From Candidatus Bipolaricaulota bacterium (GTDB taxonomy: Bacteria > Bipolaricaulota > Bipolaricaulia > UBA7950 > UBA9294), in NCBI GenBank assembly GCA_040752575.1, contig JBFMGK010000009.1, positions 1-29,804 of the forward strand: 29,804 nucleotides of DNA. The letters are read 5' to 3'. The notes under the pieces were generated by a model. The model worked only from the letters and a program-made list of their open reading frames with translations. It was not told the DNA's origin and searched no databases. Shown piece by piece: positions 1-9,507 of the stretch; positions within the stretch are counted from its first letter, which is position 1, and every line of letters begins with the position of its first letter. The position numbers were made by a program, and so were the translations under genes.

Positions 1-1
1 G

Positions 2-220
2 ACCGGAATCTCCGGCGCCCACGCCCTGGTGCACAAGGTCCTCTCGGAGGGCGAGGCGGCCGCCGAGCGCTACGTGGACTTCCTGAAGTCGGGCGGCTCG
101 CGTTATCCGCTCGATGCGCTCCAACTCGCGGGGGTCGATCTCAGGTCGCCCGAGCCCGTCGAGGCGGCGTTTGCCAATCTCTCGGCGCTTGTCGATCGAC
201 TCGAGGAGTTGCTGGGGTAG
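2..220 (+). CDS. pepF: Oligoendopeptidase F (M3B family), C-terminal fragment; gene begins before the window
   Basis: Open frame from position 2 reads TGISGAHAL...[35 protein letters not shown], matching the typical PepF C-terminus (FLKxGGSxYPxxxLxxAGVD). Stop TAG at 218-220. Confidence 0.85.
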   Translation, partial: TGISGAHALVHKVLSEGEAAAERYVDFLKSGGSRYPLDALQLAGVDLRSPEPVEAAFANLSALVDRLEELLG

Positions 221-252
221 CCTGAAGGGCACGCTGGCCCGCCGGGCGCGGC

Positions 253-301
253 AGACTCCTGGTGGACGCGATGGCGTGGCTTCACCGTGTCACCGGGGTC
301 T
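253..301 (+). terminator. Long imperfect hairpin just downstream of pepF; possible terminator or 3' stabiliser
   Basis: AGACTCCTGGTG (253-264) pairs with CACCGGGGTCT (291-301) with one bulge and a G-U pair; an inner ACGCG/CGTGT pairing extends it. No U-tract. Confidence 0.35.
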
Positions 302-622
302 ACGGCCGGCCGGTTCCGCGGTCTGAAACAGGGCGTCCACGGCGTGTTCGCTGCGCCATCCCGCTGAGGAAGTGCGCGAGGCAGCGCGCGGCGGCCCTTC
401 TTTGCCGCAGTGGGTCCGCCTTGGACTGCTTCGCCAAAGCCCGCTGTCGGGCCGTTCGCGTTCGCGTGTCAGCGCGGATCGGTCGGCCGCGCCTCAAGCT
501 CCGAGCGAGCCCGTCGCCTACTTGCGGCAGCCTTAGCACTTGGGGGGGGGAAGGAGTCCCGGCCTACCTGGGGCCCACGAGTTCCGCTGCGACGTGACGA
601 TGCGTTGCCCCGCATGGATCCG

Positions 623-2026
623 CTAGCGTTGCGCGAGTTCGCGTGCCTCGGCAAGCAGTTGGTCGAGTGCCAGGCGATCAAAGTACTGGCCGCGCAGAAA
701 AACGCCTTCAACGTCACGCGCGTTTCGAACATCGTCGAGTGGATTACCTCGCACAAGCAGCATCGAGGCGGCCTTTCCCTCCTCGATCGAGCCGAGCCGG
801 GCCCCGAGGCCGAGCCAAGTCGTGGGGACGATCGTCGCGCCGCGAAGCACGTCGGGCGCGGGAATGCCGGCGTCCTGCCAGATCTCCATCTCGTCGTGGA
901 CCGAGAAACCCGGCAGAATGCCAGGAACCGAGAGGTCGGTCCCGACCATGAGAGGAACACCGGCAGCATGGAGCTGGGCGACCAGCCGTGCCCACGTCTC
1001 CCAGATGAAGCTCGAGAGATCGCTCTGGTCTGCCCACAAGGTGCGCCACATGGCGAGGAGTTCCGGCGCCACGAACTCGCTGCCGTCGAACTCCCCCGAT
1101 TGGTAGGACGTCGTGCGCATCCCTGCCTTGAACGTGACGATCGTCGGGCAGACCGTGAGCCCGCTGCGGCGAAGGCTGTCGAAGGCTTGTGCGAGGCGAT
1201 CCGGCTCGACTTCGCCGAGGCGGAGGAAGAAGGCGACGTCGGCTCCCATTCCGGTGTAGGTGTAGCGCACAGGGGCATCAAGGAGCTTACCGATCAGTTT
1301 CTCAAAACCGAAGAAGTGCTCGGAGGAGTCAAGGCCCATGGCGGCGGCATCTTCAATCGGAACGGAGTCCGGAACGTGGCCCGCGACGCGAAGCCCAAGG
1401 CGATGCGCCTCGTCGACGATGGCGCGGAAGACCTCGACCTTCAGGGTCGAGTAGACCTTGATCACGTCGAACCCGGCCGCAGCCTGGCGCTGGACGGCGT
1501 CGCGTGCCTCGTCGGGGGTGGCGACGCCGTGCGAAATGAGGGGAATCAGCGGAGGTACGCCGTCGAGGATCGCCCCCGCACCGAAAAGCTCCGGCCCGAG
1601 AAGCGATCCATCGCGAAGCCCGTCTCGAATCGAGAGAGTGAGCTCGTCGGCCATGCCCATCTCGCGCACCAGCGTGACACCATGGGCGAGGAAGAGGCGG
1701 CCGAACGTCTCCGGCTCGAAGTAGTGAGCGTGTGCGTCGACCAGACCAGGCATCAAGTACAGCCCGCGCCCGTCGAGAGTCTTGACCGCCCCGTGAAGTC
1801 CCGCAGAGTCCGCAGAGTCCGCGGGCACGATCTGCGAGATGTTGTCTCCCATCACAGACACCGTCTGCGCAGGGATGGCCTGGCCCGTGCGCACATCGAT
1901 CACCGTGACGTCCGTAATGGCGAAATCTGCCAGCCCGGTCATCGACCCTCCCTCCACAGCGCCTGCGCCGCATAGGGCCAACGTGGAGAGCGCGATCGCC
2001 ACGACACGCCTTGCGACAGTCCTCAC
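623..2026 (-). CDS. Secreted metal-dependent amidohydrolase (amidohydrolase superfamily, dipeptidase-like)
   Basis: Motifs PGLVDAHAH (DxHxH), DVIKVY (candidate carbamylated Lys), VAGHVP, SSEH, VGTD and GSIEEGKAASMLLVRGNPL. Start placed at GTG 2026 behind a GGAGGAGG RBS, giving signal peptide VRTVARRVVAIALSTLALCGAGA. Confidence 0.88.
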   Translation of the reverse strand: MRTVARRVVAIALSTLALCGAGAVEGGSMTGLADFAITDVTVIDVRTGQAIPAQTVSVMGDNISQIVPADSADSAGLHGAVKTLDGRGLYLMPGLVDAHAHYFEPETFGRLFLAHGVTLVREMGMADELTLSIRDGLRDGSLLGPELFGAGAILDGVPPLIPLISHGVATPDEARDAVQRQAAAGFDVIKVYSTLKVEVFRAIVDEAHRLGLRVAGHVPDSVPIEDAAAMGLDSSEHFFGFEKLIGKLLDAPVRYTYTGMGADVAFFLRLGEVEPDRLAQAFDSLRRSGLTVCPTIVTFKAGMRTTSYQSGEFDGSEFVAPELLAMWRTLWADQSDLSSFIWETWARLVAQLHAAGVPLMVGTDLSVPGILPGFSVHDEMEIWQDAGIPAPDVLRGATIVPTTWLGLGARLGSIEEGKAASMLLVRGNPLDDVRNARDVEGVFLRGQYFDRLALDQLLAEARELAQR

Positions 2027-2213
2027 GGGCCGCGTCCTCCTCCCCAGATGCGCTTTGTGGTCAGCCCGTCCTTCACGTTGCGCGGGTAACTCGTGGGCGG
2101 ACCGCACCCCTGCAGCCGCAGCCCTCCCATGTTCGTCCTCGTTCTAGGTCCAGTCAAGAGCGTTGCGAGCCCATCTTCCGTGGGCATGCACGAGGCCGTC
2201 CGCCACGATCCCC

Positions 2214-2241
2214 TTGCCCGAGGCACCCTGCGACGCATACT
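2214..2241 (+). promoter_or_regulatory. Candidate sigma70-type promoter for the phosphorylase gene
   Basis: TTGCCC (2214-2219), 16 nt spacer, CATACT (2236-2241); same spacing as the stronger promoters at 9332 and 26095. Confidence 0.35.
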
Positions 2242-2390
2242 CTTCGACGACTGCCGGTTGCTCGGCGTGGGTGAGCTCGGCCACACGACGTCCGCTGTGC
2301 CGGGGGAAGCAACGCCGGCCGAAACGTACCGGGGACAAATGGCGCCGAAGCGCGGCAACCGAGCACTTGACGATGGATGGGGGAGCCTGA

Positions 2391-4079
2391 GTGAACGACG
2401 AACGAATCGCGTATTTTTCGATGGAGATCGGCCTCGAGAACCGCATGCCCACCTACAGCGGAGGGCTGGGGATCCTTGCCGGCGATACCGTGCGGGCGGC
2501 GGCCGACCTCGGCCTCCCGCTCGTGGCGGTCACCCTTCTCTACCGAAAGGGCTACTTCCGCCAACGCCTCGAGGCCGACGGATGGCAGCGCGAAGAGCCG
2601 GTGGAGTGGGCGCCGCACGAGCTGCTCGAGGAGATGCCGCAGCGGGTCTCGCTTGCGTTGCGCGGCCGGACGGTTTGGCTTCGCTCTTGGAAGGCCGAGG
2701 TGCGCGGGGTTGGCAGCGGACGGATCGCCGTCTACTTCCTCGACAGCGATCTCGACGAGAACGCCCCCGAGGACCGGTCGTTGACCGACTCGCTCTACGG
2801 GGGAGACGCAACCTATCGGCTCTGCCAGGAGGCGATCCTCGGAATCGGCGGCGTGCGAATGCTGCGCGAGCTTGGCTACGCGAGCATCCGGCGGTTCCAC
2901 ATGAACGAAGGCCACGCGAGCCTGCTGACCCTAGAGCTGCTGGATGAGGCCGCGCGGTCGGCCGGCCGCGAGACGGTCGCCGCCGAGGACCTCGGGACCG
3001 TGCGCGAGCAGTGCGTCTTCACCACACACACGCCCGTTCCCGCGGGCCACGACCAGTTCCCGCTCGATCTCGTGCGCTACGTGATCGGGCCGCGCGAAGA
3101 CTTCCTGCAGCTGAAAGACGTCATGGGCGATGGAGGCGTGCTCAACATGACCCTCCTGGCACTCAACGCCAGCCACTACGTGAACGGCGTCGCTAAGCGA
3201 CACGGCGAGGTGTCGAGGATGATGTTCGCCGGCTACGCGATCGACGCGATCACGAACGGTGTTCACGCGGCAACGTGGGTTGCCGAGCCGTTCGCTGCGT
3301 TGTACGACCGCGTGGTCCCAGGGTGGCGCGAGGACAACTCGAGCCTGCGCTATGCCGTCAGCATCCCGCGACCCGAGGTCTGGGAGGCGCACGTGGCCGC
3401 CAAGCGGCGCCTGATCGAGCGAGTGAGCGAGTCGTCCGGCGTGACGATGGACCCCGGAACGTTCACGATCGGTTTCGCGCGCCGCGCCTCGACGTACAAG
3501 CGCGGCGCGCTGCTGTTCGACGACATCGAGCGACTCAAGGCCGCGGCATCGCAGAGAGGCGCGATCCAGATTGTCTATGCCGGCAAGGCTCACCCGCACG
3601 ACGTCCCGGGCAAGGAGGTCATCAAGCAGATCTTTCGCGCCAAGGACGCGCTCGAGGGAACGATCCAAGTCGCGTACCTCGAGGACTACGATATGGATGA
3701 CGGCCGAATCATCACGTCGGGCGTGGATCTGTGGCTCAACACGCCCGAGCCGCCGCAAGAGGCGTCGGGAACGAGCGGAATGAAGGCGGCGCTGAACGGA
3801 ATCCCCAGCCTCAGCGTGCTCGATGGCTGGTGGATCGAGGGCCACATCGAAGGCCTAACGGGCTGGGCCATCGGGGACGCCGGTCGGGCTTGCGACGGCA
3901 GCGACCGCTCGCGGGACGCGCAATGCCTCTACGAGAAACTCGAGACGACCATCCTGCCGCTCTACTACGGTGACCGTGAGCGGTTCATCGACGTGATGCG
4001 CTTCGCCATGGCGCTCAACGGTTCTTTCTTCAACACCCAGCGGATGATGCGCGAGTACGTGCAGAAGGCCTACTTCTAG
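2391..4079 (+). CDS. glgP: Alpha-glucan (glycogen/maltodextrin) phosphorylase, GT35, short form (562 aa)
   Basis: [10 protein letters not shown]...[52 protein letters not shown] and the PLP-lysine motif [12 protein letters not shown] start with GGGGAG RBS. Confidence 0.95.
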   Translation: MNDERIAYFSMEIGLENRMPTYSGGLGILAGDTVRAAADLGLPLVAVTLLYRKGYFRQRLEADGWQREEPVEWAPHELLEEMPQRVSLALRGRTVWLRSWKAEVRGVGSGRIAVYFLDSDLDENAPEDRSLTDSLYGGDATYRLCQEAILGIGGVRMLRELGYASIRRFHMNEGHASLLTLELLDEAARSAGRETVAAEDLGTVREQCVFTTHTPVPAGHDQFPLDLVRYVIGPREDFLQLKDVMGDGGVLNMTLLALNASHYVNGVAKRHGEVSRMMFAGYAIDAITNGVHAATWVAEPFAALYDRVVPGWREDNSSLRYAVSIPRPEVWEAHVAAKRRLIERVSESSGVTMDPGTFTIGFARRASTYKRGALLFDDIERLKAAASQRGAIQIVYAGKAHPHDVPGKEVIKQIFRAKDALEGTIQVAYLEDYDMDDGRIITSGVDLWLNTPEPPQEASGTSGMKAALNGIPSLSVLDGWWIEGHIEGLTGWAIGDAGRACDGSDRSRDAQCLYEKLETTILPLYYGDRERFIDVMRFAMALNGSFFNTQRMMREYVQKAYF

Positions 4080-4509
4080 CGGTCGAGCAACGAGCAGGCT
4101 GGTCGGTCCAGCTGGCGGAGTCGAGTCGTCCGGGCGCCACGGGAACGGAATCCGCAAGCTGTCTCTCCGGCGCGCGAGTCGCCCCATGCTGACCTCAGAT
4201 CGGCCGGTGCGCCGGAGACGACGCGGTGCCGGGAGAGAGCGCACAGCACCAAGGGATCGGGCTTTCGGAGGCGAACGCCCCGTGGGACCGTCCGCCGAAG
4301 CCGCCCGTCCGCCGTCATGGGGCGCCGCTAGATGCAGCGAGCGCCGGAATGCTGCGAGAAGACCCAAACGAAGCGCTCCACAACTCGGACGGCTGTGCCG
4401 GCTCCGCACCGCGACGGGGAGCCCTGAAGAGCTTTCGCTTCGCGGTGCGAGGCCGCCTGAGACGTGTCACTTCCGGCAGACGACGGGGGAACGAAGCGTC
4501 GTTGATGTC

Positions 4510-4526
4510 GGTCTCCGCAGGAGACC
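4510..4526. terminator. Short perfect hairpin 20 nt beyond the stop of the minus-strand cyclase
   Basis: GGTCTCC-GCA-GGAGACC (7-bp stem); no clear U-tract on either strand. Confidence 0.3.
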
Positions 4527-4545
4527 CCCTACGCGCTTCTCGGCT

Positions 4546-5898
4546 TCAGCGCGACAACACGAGCCGGTTGCGGCCCGCATCCTTGGCTCGGAAGAGCGCC
4601 TCGTCGGCGAGGTGGACGAGGTCGCTGTCCTTCTGGACGTTGTGGTTGGGGTAGGAAGACCCGCCCAGACTGATGGTTGTGCGGACACTGCGCGGCCCAT
4701 CTGCGATCGCGGCCTCCTCGACCGCGTGGCGCAGTCGCTCCGCGATCTGCCGGACATCCTCGGACGATGCTGCCGGGAGGACGGCGAGAAACTCCTCTCC
4801 CCCGTAGCGAATGAGCACATCGCCGTCGCGGAGTACCGACTTCGCGATCCCGGCCACGGTCACGAGAACACGGTCCCCGACGAGATGTCCGTACGTGTCG
4901 TTGACCTGCTTGAAGTGATCGAGGTCGAACATCAGGACGCCGAGCGGCGCGTTCATCCGCACCGCCCGGTCGAACTCCTCGTGGAGACGCGTCATGCCGA
5001 AGCGTCGGTTGTAGACCCCGGTGAGCGGATCCAGTGCGGCAAGACGCTGCAGCCGGCCATGAGTGATCGCATTGTTCAGAGCGAGGCCAAAACTGCGGCG
5101 GAACAACTCCATGCGCGCGCGCGCCTCCCCGTCGAACGAACCTGATGTGGCCAGCACGACCACCCCGAGGGGGATCTCTTTGTACGTTGCGGGGAGCACA
5201 AAGACCTCGCTCGGACGAAACTCGGCGAGCACGCCATCTACCCTCACTCCTTCCGGCATGCGGATGACCTGCGAGTCCCCGGTGCGGACAGCCGTCCGAA
5301 CGTGGTCGTTCGACACGAGATCCCCGGGTTCGCGTAAGCCATGCGACGAGGCCAGGTGGAGATCCCCTCCCGACTCGTAGAGCACGGCCCCGGCCTCCGC
5401 TCCAGTGTGCTCGAGAAACTGGCGAAGAGCCTTCTCCGCAAGCGTGTCCAGCTCCAGTTGGCTGGTCAGGAGTTCGGAAAACGCACGCAGGGCAGCCTGT
5501 GTTTCGATGGATCGCGACAGGGCGTCGACGAGGCGGTTGAAGGCGGTTGCGCTTTCCCCAATCTCATCGTTCGAATCTACCGTGATGTGGCATTCTTGGG
5601 GGCTGCACGGGGGCGCGTCGCCTTCTGCAGTTGCCGCCAGCAGGTTCTCCTCAACGTGCGACATGCGCTGAGCGAGAAGCCGGATGCGGGTGCCGACAAC
5701 CCACCGTGCCAGGGCGAAGTTCGTTCCGCCGGCCAATGCGCCTGCTCCGAGGCAGGCAAGGAAGAACGTGGCGGTCCAAGCGGTTTCCGATGGCACTCCG
5801 AGGAGGACGACGAAGAAGGGAAACGAAACGCCAATCCCGAGACCCAGCGCAATCATCCAGAGCGCGAGATCATGGAACACTCTTCTGGTGACGCGCAC
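4546..5898 (-). CDS. Membrane diguanylate cyclase (2 TM, HAMP, GAF, GGDEF)
   Basis: Two N-terminal hydrophobic helices; HAMP-like DEIGESATAFNRLVD; GAF-like segment; DPLTGVYNRR, DLDHFKQVNDTYGH, RxxD I-site (RDGD) and RYGGEEF. Start GTG 5898 after AGGAGG (ORF track extends to 5943). Confidence 0.92.
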   Translation of the reverse strand: MRVTRRVFHDLALWMIALGLGIGVSFPFFVVLLGVPSETAWTATFFLACLGAGALAGGTNFALARWVVGTRIRLLAQRMSHVEENLLAATAEGDAPPCSPQECHITVDSNDEIGESATAFNRLVDALSRSIETQAALRAFSELLTSQLELDTLAEKALRQFLEHTGAEAGAVLYESGGDLHLASSHGLREPGDLVSNDHVRTAVRTGDSQVIRMPEGVRVDGVLAEFRPSEVFVLPATYKEIPLGVVVLATSGSFDGEARARMELFRRSFGLALNNAITHGRLQRLAALDPLTGVYNRRFGMTRLHEEFDRAVRMNAPLGVLMFDLDHFKQVNDTYGHLVGDRVLVTVAGIAKSVLRDGDVLIRYGGEEFLAVLPAASSEDVRQIAERLRHAVEEAAIADGPRSVRTTISLGGSSYPNHNVQKDSDLVHLADEALFRAKDAGRNRLVLSR

Positions 5899-6293
5899 AC
5901 AACCTCCTGTCGCCGCCCGTGTATCCATTCTCTCTCGGGGCAAGCAAAGCAGTGCGGCTTTGGTCCTTGCTGGAGCGCACGCTTGTCTCTCTGGAGGCCG
6001 GGAGCCGAGCGTTCATGGTCCGAGCTGGGGGTCACGGTCCTGACTCCTGCGCATCATGTGCGGGGTGCCCTACGCAGTGATCCTGGGGCCCGTCGGTCGA
6101 GGCGGGCAGGTTTCGGCAGTGCGCGTGGTGCCGGCCGCGCAAGGATCGACATCCCGTGGCGCAGCGCGCTTCGACTCCTCGGCGTGGCCCCAAGGAGATG
6201 ACGGTCGGACGTTGGATGGCTGCATCCGCAGGCCGGCGACGCCACTTGGGAAGGCCACGAGGTCCGAGCACCCGGGCGCGCCGTGTCGCGTCG

Positions 6294-8489
6294 TCAGCGC
6301 TTGCGTCGCGACGAAGGTTCGGCGCCTAGACGTTCCAAGAGAGCGATCATCTCCCCCGGGGCGGGGAGTCGATGGCGGGCTGCCGACGCACCGGGTCCGA
6401 CCTTGATCGTGCGCGCTAAAGCGGGAAGAGCTCGGAACATGTCCTCATCGGTGCGGTCGTCACCGGCGGCGAGAACGAAGTCCCAGGTATCCTGTCCCAA
6501 CCACTGCGCGGCGACCTGTCCCTTGTGGAAGGGGTTGGCCTTCACCTCGAGGACGCCGTTTCCGTCCAGCAAGTGGAGTTCGAGGTTCGCCGTCAGCGTG
6601 GCCAGAACTCGGCGTAGCTCCGGCGCGCGCAGGCGAGACGCGGCGGGTTCTGCGGCGCGATAGTGCCATACGAGCGAGAAGTCCTTCTCCTCGATCCAGG
6701 CCCCGGGCGTCCGCCGCACGAAGCGCTCGAGAACCGGCATAACGCGAGTCTTCCACGCCGCGTCGCGCAAGACGGTTGCCCGCCACGCGCCTCCGCGCTC
6801 GCGAATCCACGCGCCGTGTTCGGCGGCCAGACCGACGTTGAAGGCCCCAAACCAGGCGTCGAGCGTGGCCTTGTCTCGCCCGCTGACCAGAACGAGTTCG
6901 TTGCGCGGATCCGAGGCCAACCGCTCCAGGAGCGAGAAGAGCGCTGCGCTCGGCTGGGCCCGCGATGGATGGGCCGCGAGCGGGATGAGCGTTCCGTCCA
7001 GATCGAGCAGCAACAGCCGGCGAGTTGCGGCCGCAAACTCGGCGCACGTCGCGGCCGCCTCGACGCCGGAGAGCAACTCCGCTCCCGTTGGCGGATGACG
7101 GGGCGCGGCGAGCTCGGCCAGGACATCCGCCGCCCAGCGGTCAACCGACCCCGCCGTCACGCGATCCTTCATCCACTGCATGCGGTGGGCTTGCTCATCC
7201 GCTGGCATCTCGAGGGCGTCGCGCAGGGCAAGTGCCACGCCGGGGACGTCGTTGGGGTTCACGAACAGCGCTCCCCCCAGCTCGCGGGCAGCCCCGGCGA
7301 ACTCGCTCAACACCAGCGCTCCTCCACGATCCCGACACGCGACGTACTCCTTCGCGACAAGGTTCATCCCGTCGCGTAGCGGCGTGACGAGGGCCACGTC
7401 AGCGCTTCGATAGAGGGCGACGAGTCGCTCAAAGGGCACACTGCGATAGAGGTAGACGATCGGCGTCCAACCGACACGGCCGCGCTGGCCGTTGATTCGG
7501 CCGACGAGTTCGTCGATCTGGCGCTTGAGGTCTTGATACTCCTGAACGCGCGTGCGTGAAGGAACCAGGAGCAGGACGAACGTGACGCGGCCGCGCCATG
7601 CGGCGTTCTCCTCGAGGAACACGTCGTACGCGGCGAGCCGTTCCAGAATCCCCTTCGTGTAGTCAAGCCGGTCCACCGACAGGACGATCTTCTCGGTCTT
7701 AACCTGCCGACGAAGGCGCGCGACCTCCTTTTCTGCGTCGCGGGACTGCGCAGCCGTCTCGAAGCGGGTCGCATCGATGCCCATCGGGAACGACTCGACC
7801 CGTGCCACGCGCCCGTCTTCCAAGGTGACGTCGGCGAACTCGTGCGAGCGTCCGAGGACGGCTTGAACGGCGTCCAAGAAGTGGCCGACGTAATCATAGG
7901 TGTGGAGGCCGACGACATCGGCTCCGAGGGCGCCCTCAAGCAGCTCGCGACGCCACGGCAGAAGTCGGAAGACCTCGTACGCGGGGAAAGGGATATGGAG
8001 AAAGAAGCCGATCGTCGCGTGAGGCAGACGATGGCGGACCATCCGCGGGACTAGCATCAACTGGTAATCCTGAACCCAGATCATGTCGCCCGGCGCGGCC
8101 GCCTCGGCAACGGCGTCGGCAAAGCGCTCATTCACGCGTGCGTAGACATCCCACTCGCGGCGGTCATAGCGCGCGTGCTGCGTGAAGTAGTGGAAGAGAG
8201 GCCACAGCGTCCGATTGCTGAACCCGCTGTAGTAGTCGCGCACCTCGCTCTGCGACAAGAAGACGGGCAAGCAAGCGCGGCCCGACAGCTCGCGGCGAAC
8301 CCCCTCCTCCTCGCCGCGGATGGCCTCGTTGGACAAGCCGGGCCAACCCACCCAAAGACTCCGTCCCGGTCCGTGAACCGACGCAAGTCCCGTCGCGAGC
8401 CCCCCCGGGCTCGGCGAGACCTCCAACCCGTGCTCGCCGCGCTGGAGCGTTACGGGAAGGCGATTCGATACGATGATGAGCTTGGCCAC
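6294..8489 (-). CDS. Bifunctional trehalose-6-phosphate synthase/phosphatase (OtsA-OtsB fusion, GT20 + HAD)
   Basis: VSNRLP, GGLATGL, WVGWPG, GFFLHIPFP, VDRLDYTKG and DGMNLVAKEY (synthase), then LLLLDLDGTL, VSGR, AEHG, WHYR and AGDDRTDEDMF (phosphatase). Start GTG 8489 after GAGGAGG. Confidence 0.96.
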   Translation of the reverse strand: MAKLIIVSNRLPVTLQRGEHGLEVSPSPGGLATGLASVHGPGRSLWVGWPGLSNEAIRGEEEGVRRELSGRACLPVFLSQSEVRDYYSGFSNRTLWPLFHYFTQHARYDRREWDVYARVNERFADAVAEAAAPGDMIWVQDYQLMLVPRMVRHRLPHATIGFFLHIPFPAYEVFRLLPWRRELLEGALGADVVGLHTYDYVGHFLDAVQAVLGRSHEFADVTLEDGRVARVESFPMGIDATRFETAAQSRDAEKEVARLRRQVKTEKIVLSVDRLDYTKGILERLAAYDVFLEENAAWRGRVTFVLLLVPSRTRVQEYQDLKRQIDELVGRINGQRGRVGWTPIVYLYRSVPFERLVALYRSADVALVTPLRDGMNLVAKEYVACRDRGGALVLSEFAGAARELGGALFVNPNDVPGVALALRDALEMPADEQAHRMQWMKDRVTAGSVDRWAADVLAELAAPRHPPTGAELLSGVEAAATCAEFAAATRRLLLLDLDGTLIPLAAHPSRAQPSAALFSLLERLASDPRNELVLVSGRDKATLDAWFGAFNVGLAAEHGAWIRERGGAWRATVLRDAAWKTRVMPVLERFVRRTPGAWIEEKDFSLVWHYRAAEPAASRLRAPELRRVLATLTANLELHLLDGNGVLEVKANPFHKGQVAAQWLGQDTWDFVLAAGDDRTDEDMFRALPALARTIKVGPGASAARHRLPAPGEMIALLERLGAEPSSRRKR

Positions 8490-8719
8490 GCTTCGCCTCC
8501 TCATCCAGTCTAGGATCTCCGTCTGCGGCCTCGCGCGTTCGCTGACTCACACAGTAGGCGGTGCCCGCCGCCAACGCAAGCGGTGCTCTCCGGCGCGGAC
8601 GCGCGGCGACCCCCTTCGGCTGGGATCCCCCGTGCGGGACTCTCCTCTCCCCAGGTTGCTTGCTCCAGGCTCGCCGTTGTCGTAGCCTCAGCGCCACGCA
8701 GGGACGGGAGGTGCGGGGA

Positions 8720-9214
8720 GTGAAACGGCTTGCCGGCTTGCTAAGTCTCGGGTTGATCTTGGTCTTGGCGGTGGGGTGCGCGAAGCGCGGCAGCGAGGAA
8801 GCCCCGCCGTCTGCGGGCGAGGTCGCGCTTCGCGCCGCCTACGCGTCACTTGAGGTCATTCGAACGGCGACCCGGGAGACAATCACGTATGCCGACTACG
8901 AGACGTGGGTCGGCGAAGCATCGGCCGCCTTGATGGCGTATCGGAACGAGGAGCTCGACGATGAGACCGCACGAGAGGCGGCGGCGCTCCTCTCCGAGGC
9001 GCTCTATGACTACCAGACGGCGCAACGCGCGTGGAAGACCAAGTCGGATGAGTGTCCCGAGTGCGCGTGGCGCAAGTTCGTGAACGGCAACCCCCGGTTC
9101 GCGATGCCCGACGCCGATGCCGACTACGCTGTCGCGCTCTTGTGGAACGAGGCAGCGGCGCTCGTGACCTCCGCGGGAGAGAAGCTCTCCTTGTGGAAGA
9201 ACGTGAAATCCTAA
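8720..9214 (+). CDS. Hypothetical lipoprotein, mostly helical
   Basis: GTG start after GGGAGG; signal VKRLAGLLSLGLILVLAVG-C is a lipobox. No recognisable domain; internal CPEC motif. Confidence 0.75.
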   Translation: MKRLAGLLSLGLILVLAVGCAKRGSEEAPPSAGEVALRAAYASLEVIRTATRETITYADYETWVGEASAALMAYRNEELDDETAREAAALLSEALYDYQTAQRAWKTKSDECPECAWRKFVNGNPRFAMPDADADYAVALLWNEAAALVTSAGEKLSLWKNVKS

Positions 9215-9331
9215 AGCGCATGATGGCATGAAGGACGATCAGCTATAACATGCGGCATGTCATGGCCTGGCTCTGTCCGGCCTGTAGGGTTCCCGTCGGA
9301 TGAGGCTGCATCTCTGACGACCTCCGGCGAG

Positions 9332-9359
9332 TTGACAACGGAGCGGGCGGATCTATACT
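9332..9359 (+). promoter_or_regulatory. Sigma70-type promoter of the opp operon
   Basis: Consensus TTGACA (9332-9337), 16 nt spacer, TATACT (9354-9359), about 150 nt upstream of oppA. Confidence 0.75.
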
Positions 9360-9395
9360 GCTGTTACCTCTTCGCTAGAAGGCATACAAGGCGTA

Positions 9396-9453
9396 GCCCG
9401 GCGGTGCGCCGGGCACGCGGGCGGTGCAGTGGGCGGTGCAATGGGGCGGTGCA
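9396..9453 (+). repeat. Hairpin plus three GGGCGGTGCA direct repeats in the oppA leader
   Basis: GCCCGGCG-GTG-CGCCGGGC hairpin at 9396-9414; exact GGGCGGTGCA copies at 9419-9428, 9431-9440 and 9444-9453; partial GGCGGTGC at 9400-9407. Confidence 0.85.
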
Positions 9454-9507
9454 ATCCCCTTCCGCCTTGACTGCGATGGCGTTGGTCACGATCAAGGAGG
9501 GAGCGCA

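Noticed and set aside
542..550. G9 homopolymer as a phase-variation tract
   Set aside because: Lies in a convergent intergenic region, outside any supported CDS or promoter.
1797..1826. 9-nt tandem repeat (CCGCAGAGT)
   Set aside because: In-frame two-to-three-copy repeat encoding an ADSADSA linker; trivial.
410..1975. 521-aa plus-strand ORF
   Set aside because: Antisense shadow of the amidohydrolase; no motifs; expected from GC-rich codon bias.
4422..4470. CUGAAGA resembling the hammerhead ribozyme core CUGANGA
   Set aside because: No downstream GAAA after a stem II and no consistent three-way junction.
5899..6293. 395-nt region upstream of the membrane cyclase examined for a riboswitch
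   Set aside because: Only short GC-rich stems; no recognisable aptamer signature on either strand.
9419..9453. Direct repeats considered as a mini-CRISPR
   Set aside because: 10-nt units with 2-3 nt gaps, no spacers and no cas genes.
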